Assembly (NCBI RefSeq): GCF_000281045.1
Contig: NW_008246097.1
Span: 91,741 to 155,740 of the forward strand
Reading direction: 5' to 3'
Length of the DNA: 64,000 nt
DNA from: Saprolegnia diclina VS20
Lineage: Eukaryota
Below, piece by piece: positions 1-9,137 of the stretch. The notes beneath the pieces were generated by a model. The model worked only from the letters and a program-made list of their open reading frames with translations. It searched no databases and was not told the origin of the DNA. Within the stretch, counting starts at the first letter, position 1. Each line of letters begins with the position of its first letter. The translations under genes were made by a program, and so were the position numbers.

Positions 1-895
1 GATTCGCACCATGTCCGTGAGGCCCAAGTTGCAGGCCGGGGCTTCGGTAAAATATGTCGGTGGCCTGCACCGTGATCGTCGGTGCAGGTCCCAGTGGTGC
101 TGGCCACGACAAATACCCGTCGTCCACCAGCTCTGCCAGACGAGCGTCGTGCGGCTGTTGCTGCAGCAAGCGTCGGATCGTTTGTGGGACGTGCACCAAA
201 GCCGCGGCCGAGAGCGCCGCGGTGCCAATGCTGACGGCTTGTCGGGCATACACGGCATTGTTTCGGCGACGAGCGTAGACGACTGCAAGCGCTCCGAAAC
301 GGCCCGTATCAAGGTTGCGCTCGTAGATGCGTACCATGAGCACCGTTCGGAGCTGGGGCAGCTGAAAGTACTGCTCTGCGCGCAGAATCGCTCTCGGAAG
401 ACCGAGGTGCCGATGGTCGACTTCGACGACAAATCGTGGCACCCGAAGGCCGTCGCCATCGGCCGGCACGAGCTGATTTGGGGCGAGCTGGGCGTCCGGG
501 TAGCGCAGAGCTCGTCTTCCGTCTGGGAACAGCCCATGAAGGACGCAAGTCCCACCACCGGACTCCACGATCTCGCCCGTTGCGATGGAATAGCCGCCGA
601 TCTGTCCAATGATCTCGTCGACAACGACCCGATGCGTAGGACCTTCCGCCATCTTGTCGATGTACACGTCGGCTGTGGTTGACGGAGCTTTGAGTGGACC
701 GAGAAAGACCTCGGAGAAGCTAACAAACTTGAAGTCTTGACGAAGCCAGCTCTGGAGCCACGCCTGGAGCGGGATCGCAGTACCGATGAGGAGAGGACCG
801 AGGGGGCAGTCGTCCGGGCGCTTGCGGAAGACAGCGACCGCTTCCTCGAGCCCACTGAACGTGAGTTTCCCCTTCATGGCATGGAAGGTCGTCAT
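1..895 (-). CDS. Uma2/DUF820-like PD-(D/E)xK restriction-endonuclease-fold protein (3' end runs off the window)
   Basis: Manual translation from ATG at 895 stays open for 298 codons to the window edge, so the ORF track omits it. Reads MTTFHAMKGK...GPTHRVVVDEII...RYPDAQLAP...VPRFVVEVDH..., i.e. the H / PD / P-x-hVVEV pattern of Uma2-type nucleases. Confidence 0.6.
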   Translation of the reverse strand, partial: MTTFHAMKGKLTFSGLEEAVAVFRKRPDDCPLGPLLIGTAIPLQAWLQSWLRQDFKFVSFSEVFLGPLKAPSTTADVYIDKMAEGPTHRVVVDEIIGQIGGYSIATGEIVESGGGTCVLHGLFPDGRRALRYPDAQLAPNQLVPADGDGLRVPRFVVEVDHRHLGLPRAILRAEQYFQLPQLRTVLMVRIYERNLDTGRFGALAVVYARRRNNAVYARQAVSIGTAALSAAALVHVPQTIRRLLQQQPHDARLAELVDDGYLSWPAPLGPAPTITVQATDIFYRSPGLQLGPHGHGAN

Positions 896-1898
896 GATGG
901 TAGGTACCCTCTGTGACTTGACCGATGCAAAGCTCAACTGGGGAAAATCGTAAAAATCATTCCACGTGTATTGTATTCTATTCGTGTGTTTAAAACAGAG
1001 CACAAAAGTCGACATTGAGCACTGTAACCGACACACTCTACAAATGTTTTATACATTGTAGAGTGCAACAGGTCGTTGGCGAATCGAAATCGTGTATCTT
1101 TTCAGCCCATAGCGCGATGTGATTGGCTGCCTGTTTCCGCGCCCGTTTAAAATCTCTTCATGTTAAATCCAGCTATGGACATGTTGTTGAAATGAGTTAT
1201 CGAACCAATGGAACACCCCCAACAGGTTTCGGGCAAAACCATCGAACAAATCGCAAGGCACAAGTTTTTCTGTGGCCACAGACCCCAAAAATCAATCACT
1301 GGTCGACGTTCGAGCGACCAGCAAATTATCGAGTTGACCAAACTGTACAGTCCCAAAGCTTCTCTCGTAGGACGAAACGTGCAAACACACGTCGCCTTGT
1401 CCCGGCCAAGTGGTGATGCCGGGCTAGGTTCACACCCAGGGCCCCACCACTGCATGCGACCAGCGGTCACGTCATATCATCTTGAGTGAAGGGCGGCATT
1501 CGTCTTGGGACCGAGCAGATGCATTGGCGGCAGTGAACGTGCTTCGGAAGCTCATCCGCCGAAGCGGACAACGGGTGACTCTTGCAGCCGTTTAGTGCCA
1601 GAGATCGTTGTCTCGATCTCTAGATCAGGAAACCGGTATGGTTGCTGATGGAAGCTCCCTTTGAGGCACTGCAGCAATCATCCTCGCGCCTCGGCGACGA
1701 GCAAACTCCATCGGAATGTCGTCTGGTGAGAGGCGCCATTAAGGCCGTGGAGTCGACTTGGTGAGGGATGGCAGAAGAGACTGGAGTCCTTGCGGACCCA
1801 CGACGGCTGAGCCACGTACCAGCACCACGATTAGCAACGCAATGGCTCGTGTCAAACACAGATCTATAGTTAGAGGGTGTGATTGGCTTTGGCCGTGC

Positions 1899-2393
1899 CT
1901 ACTCAAAGTCGCTCTCCGAGTCGTCGTCGTCGGCCGAGACGAGACCCACGCCCAACTCCACGTCGCGCGCTGAGCTCGCGTTCAAGTCAAAGCAGCCGTC
2001 GCATTGGCCGCGGAAGTTGCCCTTGGCGTACGAATACGCCATCTTGGCCTGCGGGTTGGAGGTCGCCGGCGCCCAGAGAATAAAGTAGAGCTTCGACGTC
2101 TTGCGCCCATCGGGCAGCGTCGCCTCGTGGTCGTAGATGACATATCGGCAGTCGGCATGCGGCAGCGCCACGCAGAGGTCCGCGGCCGTCGCGGCCGGTG
2201 GCGCCGACTTGTCGACCTCGATCGACGCGCCGTCGATGCGGAAGAAGACGTAGCGGAACTGGCGCTTCATCTTGACGGCGCGGAAGGCCTCCATGGCCGC
2301 GGCCGATGGCGCGATGGGCCCTGTGGCGGCGCCGTCGGCGTGGATGTACTGCGGTACGCCCGCAGTCTTGAGGTGGTTCTCCTGCGCCGACAT
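1899..2393 (-). CDS. ADF: Cofilin/actin-depolymerizing factor (ADF-H domain)
   Basis: KRQFRYVFFRI, LPHADCRYVIYD, KLYFILWAP and KMAYSYAK are ADF-H motifs. ATG at 2393, intronless, 164 aa. Confidence 0.92.
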   Translation of the reverse strand: MSAQENHLKTAGVPQYIHADGAATGPIAPSAAAMEAFRAVKMKRQFRYVFFRIDGASIEVDKSAPPAATAADLCVALPHADCRYVIYDHEATLPDGRKTSKLYFILWAPATSNPQAKMAYSYAKGNFRGQCDGCFDLNASSARDVELGVGLVSADDDDSESDFE

Positions 2394-2706
2394 CTGTGTT
2401 CTGAGCCGCCCACGTCTTGCCACAAAACGATCCTCCAAAATCCGTAAATATCATGTTTTTACCGTTAAAAGTAAGAAAAACCCGGAAATTCCACACTAGA
2501 CATGGCGACCGTCGAGCAAAATGACGTGGCACGAGATTACACTTGACGGAGCACACGACTGATGTTCTCTCATAACTTATTGGTGCTCGTTGGGCGGTGA
2601 TCAACATGCGATGCTACTTGGTCCATAGGAGTCTCGAGATCGGCCATCCGATGATGAGCCAAGCGCGAAGAAGACGAGCACGGTCGTTAACATGGAGAGG
2701 AGGATA

Positions 2707-4214
2707 CTACGCGAATGTGCTGCAGTCCGAATACGAGGACGCACTTGCAGTCACAGGCATCTGGCTGCCGTGGAAGGCACTGACGCACGCTTCAACGTAC
2801 GTCTTCATCTCCTCGGTGAGCACGGGCGACGGAGGCTCGCTGGCTTTCGCGAGCATGCGGCGCTGCAGCTTGGACGGACGCTGCGCGCGGGGTAGAAAGA
2901 GAGGCATTTGCAACAGCGATTCAATCGAGAGGCCGTGGCGCTGGTCCTGGAAGATTGCATCGAGCACGTCTTGCACCTACAGCATCCTAAGGCCACGTTC
3001 GTCACATAAGTGCGCCTACGCGGTCGGACGGGCGGTGGAGATTGGCGTAAATGGGCTGGCCGTCGTCGTCGAGTCGATTCCGCGAAAGCTCGACGCCAAA
3101 CGCCATCTCAAAGAGCACGTGGCCAAAGAGCGTGAGTGGCAGCGTCTTGTCGTCGCTGTCGCTGATCGGGCTCTGGAGGCGCCCGGCTTGGAAGAGCAGC
3201 GCCTCGTAGCCGCCAACGCGCACTTGCTCGTACTCCATGAGGATGTTGCCCGTGTGCAGGTGGTAGCTCGGGATGCCAAGCGATTGCAGCTGCTGCATGC
3301 CGAGCAGGATGTCGCGGCCCATGCGCGCAATCGCCGACGACGCGAGCGGTCGGCCGACGCCGTAGCGCTTGAACTTTTTGTGGTACGGCATCTATCAGAG
3401 ACGTCTTAGCGCCTGTAGTACAGCTATGAATTCGCACCGAAAGCAGCATCGTCTGGCTGCGGTGCACGATGTAGTCCTTGAGCGAGCCTTGGTTCATCCA
3501 CGGCGAGATCGCAGCCATGCGCGGCGTCTCGTGGTCGAGGTACGCGACGTCGAGGACCGGTACGACCTGCGGGCAGAGCGCGATCTGCGCCATGAGCGCT
3601 TGCAGGAGCGAGAGTGTCGCCGCGTCCGTGGGCAGCGACGGGTACATGCTCAGAAGGTACTGCTTTCGAAACGAACTCATGTACGAGCGGTGGTGGAACG
3701 AGTTGCCGCCCGAGGAGGCTTGGCCGAGGAGGTACAGCCGCTTGGCTCGGTTCCGACCCATGTACAGCGCAGGCTTGTCGAGCCAGTCAAAGGCCCTACC
3801 CGCTACTAGTGAGCAACTCTATATCGTGCGTCGGAGCCTACGTGGACGTCTCGCAATACTCTTTGCAAAAGGCCTTTTCCCGCGTCGCGATGCCGTACGC
3901 CGACTCGGTCTCGTCCTATCTCGCTGCATGAGTGCTGCGCTGGCAGAGGCCGTCGGTACGAGGTCTTCGTTGTGACGTTCTTCCGGGATCGGCGAGAGGT
4001 ACGATTGCGCGACGTCGGGCATGAGCACGGGCCAGTCCATGTCGGCGCGGGCGAGCAAGTGGCTCGACTCGTACCGGTTGATGGGCTTGGGCCGGCGCGT
4101 GCAGCGTCGGTAGAGCTCGTAGAGGCCGTAGGCGGCGAGGCATGCGGCCAGACCGACGGCGACGCCTGCGAGCAGGTGCAGCCACGGGTGGCCCGACGCT
4201 TCGAGCATCGTCAT
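2707..4214 (-). CDS. Slob/PXK-family kinase-like protein with N-terminal TM helix (spliced)
   Basis: Exons give a TM (WLHLLAGVAVGLAACLAAYGLY), then PWMNQGSLKDYI, PYHKKF...GRPL...IARMGRDILLGMQQL...YHLHTGNILM and FGHVLFEMAFG, which resemble the Slob/PXK pseudokinase domain. Confidence 0.7.
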
Positions 4215-4841
4215 TCTACCGACGACCAAATGGTGATAGACACGCCCCGTTAGACAGGCGGCGGCAATTTGTTCGGATAATCACCTGCGGTGGCGGATGA
4301 TAGGCAGCCAAAAACGAGTGGACGACTTGGTCGTGGCGCCAAAACCAGCGCAGCACGTGCATGGTCCATAGTACCAGGCGCGGACGAGACCGCGTTGCAA
4401 CCTCGCGCCGCCCGATGGAGGTTGCGTCACGACGCGTATCCGGACCATACGCTGTTTGTTACAGTGTATTTTTCTGGTTTGTCGCACTCCTAGCGCGGCG
4501 ACGGCGACGCCATTGCTGCTGGCATGTTATCTCCTTGCGCCACGACCTACCTCGTCAAAGGTACTAGGTAGCACTAGTGTTCTGCCGGTGGCCAGCCACA
4601 GCCTCCGAGGGGTCAGGCCCCAGAGAGCCTACATCACCACGCTCCTCGTGGCTACATCCATCGACTGGGACCGGTACGACCTCGATACCATCTGCGCCCC
4701 TGGTGAAGCAGCCCGAGGTGACGCTACTTGGAACACGGCGGAGCGTGTGGGGTGAGCAGTGGTGCCTCTCTAGCAGCAGGAGTCCAAGGGTAGCCTTCGT
4801 TGCTTTGCCGAAGAGAGTCGAGACAAAGTGATCGAGGTAGC

Positions 4842-5627
4842 TTACTCATCCGCACTATCGTCTACACTCTTGGCGCCCATCGGATCATCGCTATTGTCAT
4901 CGTCGTCATCGTTATCATCGCTGTCGTCGTCGTCGTTGTCGTCGTCGTCGTCGTCGGAGAGGAGCGCTTCGTCGAGCGCGCTCTTGCGCTTCGGAAGGAG
5001 GTTCATGGACTCGAGCTGGAAGCGGTCGACCAAGCGAGGCAGCGCAATGTTGCAAAAGTACTCTTCGCGCAAGAGGAGGTCCGCGACTTCGTCCATGTGC
5101 AGCACGTCCCAGCCCATCGTCTTGCGGAAGCGCACCTTGCGGTAGTCGGAGAGGAGGTTCTCGAGCACGGGGTAGATCTCGACGGGCTTGCCTGTGAGGC
5201 GCAGGTACATGGCGCCGAGCGCTGTGACGTACTTGTAGTCGCCGTTCTCGATGAACGTCATGACGACGTCCATGTCGGGCTGCATCTGCAGCATCTTGAG
5301 GAGCAAGCACAGGAACGGCGACGGCTGCTGGTTGCCGCCAAAGTGGCCAGCAATGTAGCTGAGGTCGATCGCCTTCTCGACAAGCGTCTCTTCCGTGAGG
5401 CCGAAGCAATGCTCTACGAAGACGACGATGAGGATGTATGCGCCGCGGCAACGCCAAGCGTACCCTTCCAGTACATGCAGTCGTAGATGCGATTCCGGAG
5501 GATCTTCTCCTAGACGAAGCAGACACATGGAGATACGAGCGAGGTAGACGCGAGCAAGCAGTCGTACCACGAGGTGCTGCGGGTTCACGCCATGGACATG
5601 CGTCACGCCCACGTCGGTCGCGTTCAT
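4842..5627 (-). CDS. PRP38: Pre-mRNA splicing factor 38A (2 introns)
   Basis: VHGVNPQHLV|EKILRNRIYDCMYWK|EHCFGLTEETLVEKA...PSPFLCLLLKMLQMQP...YKYVTALGAMYLRL...DYRKVR; acidic tail. Confidence 0.95.
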   Translation of the reverse strand: MNATDVGVTHVHGVNPQHLVVRLLARVYLARISMCLLRLGEDPPESHLRLHVLEGYAWRCRGAYILIVVFVEHCFGLTEETLVEKAIDLSYIAGHFGGNQQPSPFLCLLLKMLQMQPDMDVVMTFIENGDYKYVTALGAMYLRLTGKPVEIYPVLENLLSDYRKVRFRKTMGWDVLHMDEVADLLLREEYFCNIALPRLVDRFQLESMNLLPKRKSALDEALLSDDDDDDNDDDDSDDNDDDDDNSDDPMGAKSVDDSADE

Positions 5628-5870
5628 ATTGGCCCGTCGGTTTTAGGCCAATCGCGGTCGGCATAGCATCCTCTATCGCTCTGATTGGCTAAAAATCAAA
5701 GGATTTCACATGGAGATCAAACTTACCGGTCCACTCGGCCATGACCAAAGCAGGGCGGACAAGAGCCATTCACCAAGCTCTAGCAGCATGCAGCACTTGA
5801 GTCTGAGAGCGCGCAACGCCCCTACAGAGGATCCGCTAGAAAGTAATTGAAAATCCGCTAGAATTTAATA

Positions 5871-6368
5871 TTGGTCCCATGCACTCTGCCTCCCGAAGGG
5901 CCTCGCTACCCGCTTCGATGTGCACGAGACGTTAGCTGCCTCGTCGAACAAGACGACTGCGCGCAGGTGCTGCAGAGACAGGCGCGTCGCTGGAACAACA
6001 CGTCGGTTGGCAGTCGAAGAAGAAGAAGACGGGGACATACGAGTATTTTGGACGACGGGACACTGGGCAAAATGGACCGAGTCGTGCTCACGGACGAGTA
6101 CTCGCACTACCAAGACTTGACGGTCACCATCGAGACGCGTGGACCGCGCTGGCGCCGCCGGTTTGCCACGCGCCAGCAGCGCAAGTACGACGCCCAAGTG
6201 TGTACGAATGGCCTTCTGCGCGCGGTCCACGACTTTCTCCAAGAGCACTCGCCTCACGAGCCACTTCTCGCGGCGACGTTGGCGCGCTGGCAGCGCGATG
6301 TGCGCGGCCGTGTCGGCGACCTCGAGCTGCGGCCCCGCCGATCTTTCTTTCATTTTGGAGGTTTTTGA
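5871..6368 (+). CDS. Hypothetical protein (start uncertain)
   Basis: Open frame with plausible composition in its 3' half, divergent from PRP38. No recognisable domain. Confidence 0.3.
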   Translation: MVPCTLPPEGPRYPLRCARDVSCLVEQDDCAQVLQRQARRWNNTSVGSRRRRRRGHTSILDDGTLGKMDRVVLTDEYSHYQDLTVTIETRGPRWRRRFATRQQRKYDAQVCTNGLLRAVHDFLQEHSPHEPLLAATLARWQRDVRGRVGDLELRPRRSFFHFGGF

Positions 6369-6538
6369 GATCGACTTGTCAAGTTGATACACTTTTGATA
6401 CTTTTTTTGAAAGAGGAGTTGCTTGGTGGCATCAAGACAAGTCATGTGTAGTCCATTCATATTACATCCACAATCGTCATGACGAATCGTAGTACTTGTG
6501 TATAACACTCTTGGGAGCCAGATTGTGCACCATATTGT

Positions 6539-8353
6539 CTAAATAAGATTGCGATATCCGTCTTCCATCGAGCTCTTGGCGGTCGTCGCCGCGCGCGCGT
6601 GCTTGAGCGCAACAAATGCGACCATGCCAAGGCCAAACGAGACCAAGACCATCGCCGCCACTGACGACGGCGACGTGGCATCCAGCAAGTTGGTCTGGAG
6701 CAAAATCTCCGACATGATCACCGTGTGTCGAAGGCCGTCGGCGTCGGCAAACATGCGGTAGATCGAGGGCTGCTGGCACAAGATGAAGCCGCAGAGAATC
6801 GACGACGCGCGGCCGAGCGTCTTGCCGAGCACGCTCGAGTACGCATTCTCGTTCTCGTAGCAGTTGACGACCGCGCGCATGCAGTCGCACTTGAGGCTCA
6901 CGATGCGGTACAGGCACGCGATCGAGTAGCCCGGGTTGAAGTCGAAGATGCCGTACAACGTCGAGAGCTCGATGCTGCTGGCGTCTTCGCTTTGGTACAG
7001 ATCCGCGATCGACTTTTCCTGGTTGAGCTGGAAGTCGTAGAACGGGCACTGCGTGTAGTCGAAGAGCTCACGCGTGAGGTGGTTGGCGTACTGGCGCGCG
7101 TTGCAGTACTCGACGTTGCCGTGGTGGTAGCGCTTCCCGTCGTCACCCTTGAAGTCGATCCACTGGTACCACTCGGAGCAGACCCAGTCCAGCGGGTCCC
7201 ACACCCACTCGACAGCGAGCTTGTTGACGATCTTGATGTCGCGCGTGCCGAGCTCGCCAGAGAATTCACACTGTCGGCTTGACGACTTGAAACGCGGGAG
7301 ACCCGTGACCTTGAAGAGGTTGAGGCTTGCGCCGCTCACCTTGAGCATCGTGAGCTCGAGGTACCGGTTCTTCTTGTTGTCCCAGAGCAGCTTGACCTTG
7401 TCGCACGTGCCCTTCTCGCTCGGCTTGGTCACCACCGTGTCAGTGAGGTAGTCGTACTCGTCCTCCGAGTCGACGCTCGAGCCCTTATCGTCGACGATGC
7501 GCGTCTTCTCGACGATACAGACGCTGCCGTCGTAGCAGACGCCGACCGGGTTGGGCTTGAGTGTCACGTCGCAGTTGGTACGCTTCGTGCACGCGCCATT
7601 AGGCACTTGCTTGGCGTAGTCGGGATGAATGATCTGCTGGCCGAGGTTGCCCTTGAGGATTGAGAGGTAGTAAAAAAGGCCTTCGTCGCAGTAGAGCTTG
7701 AGGCCGCCCGTGCCGTCGCCGCCGTCGAGGTAGTTTGCCTCAAACGCCGTCAACTTTGGGTTCTTGCCCTTGTCCTGCGCGCAGTAGTCGAGGTACTTGT
7801 CGGCGCGCACGTTGACGGGAATACCGTTGTCGTTGAGCTTGGTGTTGGCCTTGAACGACTTGTCTGCGGGCTCGTAAAACGCAAAGACCTCGACCGTCAC
7901 TTGCTCCCACGGCACAAAGTACTCGTTCGGGAGGCAGCACGAGTAGTCGACGCGCGTTCGGTTGCCAATCATGTCGAAGTCGGACGCACCGGCGAGGTAC
8001 TTCTTTGTTTGCTCGAGGTGGTTGGCGTACACGTCGTAGATGAGCCCGTACGTCGACTTGTAGTAGCCGACCGTGTTGAGCACTTCGGTGGCCACGCACG
8101 ACGTCGCACACGCCGTGTAGCGGCCGAGCGTCCCAAACGCGGTCCACGCGTCCTTGCTCGCGTCGGCGTACGACGTGGTTTTCACGCACGTGCTGACACA
8201 CGTCTTGAAGCTCCCGAGAATCGTCGAAAAGTACGATGGATCGATGCTCTTGAAGGGCGGCGCGAACGTGATCGGGCGCTGCTTGATGCCACGACTGCTG
8301 GCGACCGTCGAGGTCGTCGCCGCCGCCAGCGCGAGGTACTGGATGTTGACCAT
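6539..8353 (-). CDS. Cys-rich type I membrane protein of unknown family (604 aa, intronless)
   Basis: Signal peptide MVNIQYLALAAATTSTVA, many Cys, C-terminal TM (AMVLVSFGLGMVAFVAL), tail ending GYRNLI. Strong GC3 codon bias and an INR/FPR motif just upstream. Confidence 0.88.
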   Translation of the reverse strand: MVNIQYLALAAATTSTVASSRGIKQRPITFAPPFKSIDPSYFSTILGSFKTCVSTCVKTTSYADASKDAWTAFGTLGRYTACATSCVATEVLNTVGYYKSTYGLIYDVYANHLEQTKKYLAGASDFDMIGNRTRVDYSCCLPNEYFVPWEQVTVEVFAFYEPADKSFKANTKLNDNGIPVNVRADKYLDYCAQDKGKNPKLTAFEANYLDGGDGTGGLKLYCDEGLFYYLSILKGNLGQQIIHPDYAKQVPNGACTKRTNCDVTLKPNPVGVCYDGSVCIVEKTRIVDDKGSSVDSEDEYDYLTDTVVTKPSEKGTCDKVKLLWDNKKNRYLELTMLKVSGASLNLFKVTGLPRFKSSSRQCEFSGELGTRDIKIVNKLAVEWVWDPLDWVCSEWYQWIDFKGDDGKRYHHGNVEYCNARQYANHLTRELFDYTQCPFYDFQLNQEKSIADLYQSEDASSIELSTLYGIFDFNPGYSIACLYRIVSLKCDCMRAVVNCYENENAYSSVLGKTLGRASSILCGFILCQQPSIYRMFADADGLRHTVIMSEILLQTNLLDATSPSSVAAMVLVSFGLGMVAFVALKHARAATTAKSSMEDGYRNLI

Positions 8354-8368
8354 GCTCGCAGTCGCCGG

Positions 8369-8383
8369 CAAATGCGAAAATGA
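8369..8383 (-). promoter_or_regulatory. Oomycete INR/FPR core promoter element
   Basis: Minus strand reads TCATTTTCGCATTTG, ending about 15 nt upstream of the ATG at 8353. Confidence 0.7.
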
Positions 8384-8450
8384 TAAGATCTGAGCGCGCG
8401 ACGCCTAAAGATCGCAAGTCGCGCTGCAGGAAGATCGCGAAAAGTTTGGG

Positions 8451-8490
8451 CACCAATCAGCCATCGGCACAAACTTTGGGAGCCAATCAC
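8451..8490 (+). promoter_or_regulatory. Tandem CCAAT boxes
   Basis: CACCAATCAG (8451-8460) and GCCAATCAC (8482-8490); CCAAT cores 30 bp apart. Confidence 0.55.
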
Positions 8491-9012
8491 CGCGCGCCAA
8501 GAAAACGCCGGATACGTGCTCGAAATAAGCTAAGCTTGCTTGAAACAGCCAGCTCCTCGCAAGACGACGAGTCCTGATGCGTCATCGATCAACCTCAGAT
8601 ACCGGTAGAAGGTGCTTGCACGGTCCTGGGCGGGATACGATTTGGGGGTGCAAGTGAGCAGCGCAATGCAAGAGGGTCACTACTAGTAGAAGTCTTATCA
8701 AGAGCGATGCTGCGAATGACTTTGAGTATTCATTTTTTGTGAGTATTCATTTTGGACTATTGCGAAAGCAAAATTTGCTGTGGCATGGATCCCACAGAAG
8801 GATGCCCATCGAGCGAGATAGAACGAGTTGTACGAGCCAACTTGAGCAAGAGTATGCTGCGCTTGATGGACCGCGAGACGCGCGCGATCTTTGCGTTTCG
8901 AAATGGAACCCCGCTTCGAACTTCGACGCAGCCGTGCAAATCGCAGATCCCAAGCTTGTTCCCAACTTCGATGAAGCGAGCTTCGAGGTCCGTTCCAAAG
9001 TCAAACTTTCGC

Positions 9013-9054
9013 CACCAATCAGAAGGCGCGATCTCAAAAAATCGGGCCAATCAC
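9013..9054 (+). promoter_or_regulatory. Tandem CCAAT boxes
   Basis: CACCAATCAG (9013-9022) and GCCAATCAC (9046-9054); CCAAT cores 32 bp apart. Same two words in the same order as at 8451-8490. Confidence 0.55.
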
Positions 9055-9137
9055 AGAGCGCGACTCTCGCCAAAGATCGCCGCCGGTAGCATGGCGAGCG
9101 TCGATCGCAAGTGGCATTTCCGAATACGCGGCCAAGG

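Noticed and set aside
11..682. 223-aa plus-strand ORF
   Set aside because: Antisense to the Uma2-like frame, which has the recognisable motifs.
1450..1860. Possible small spliced gene or remnant
   Set aside because: Short frames only, no start/stop structure or domain that I can support.
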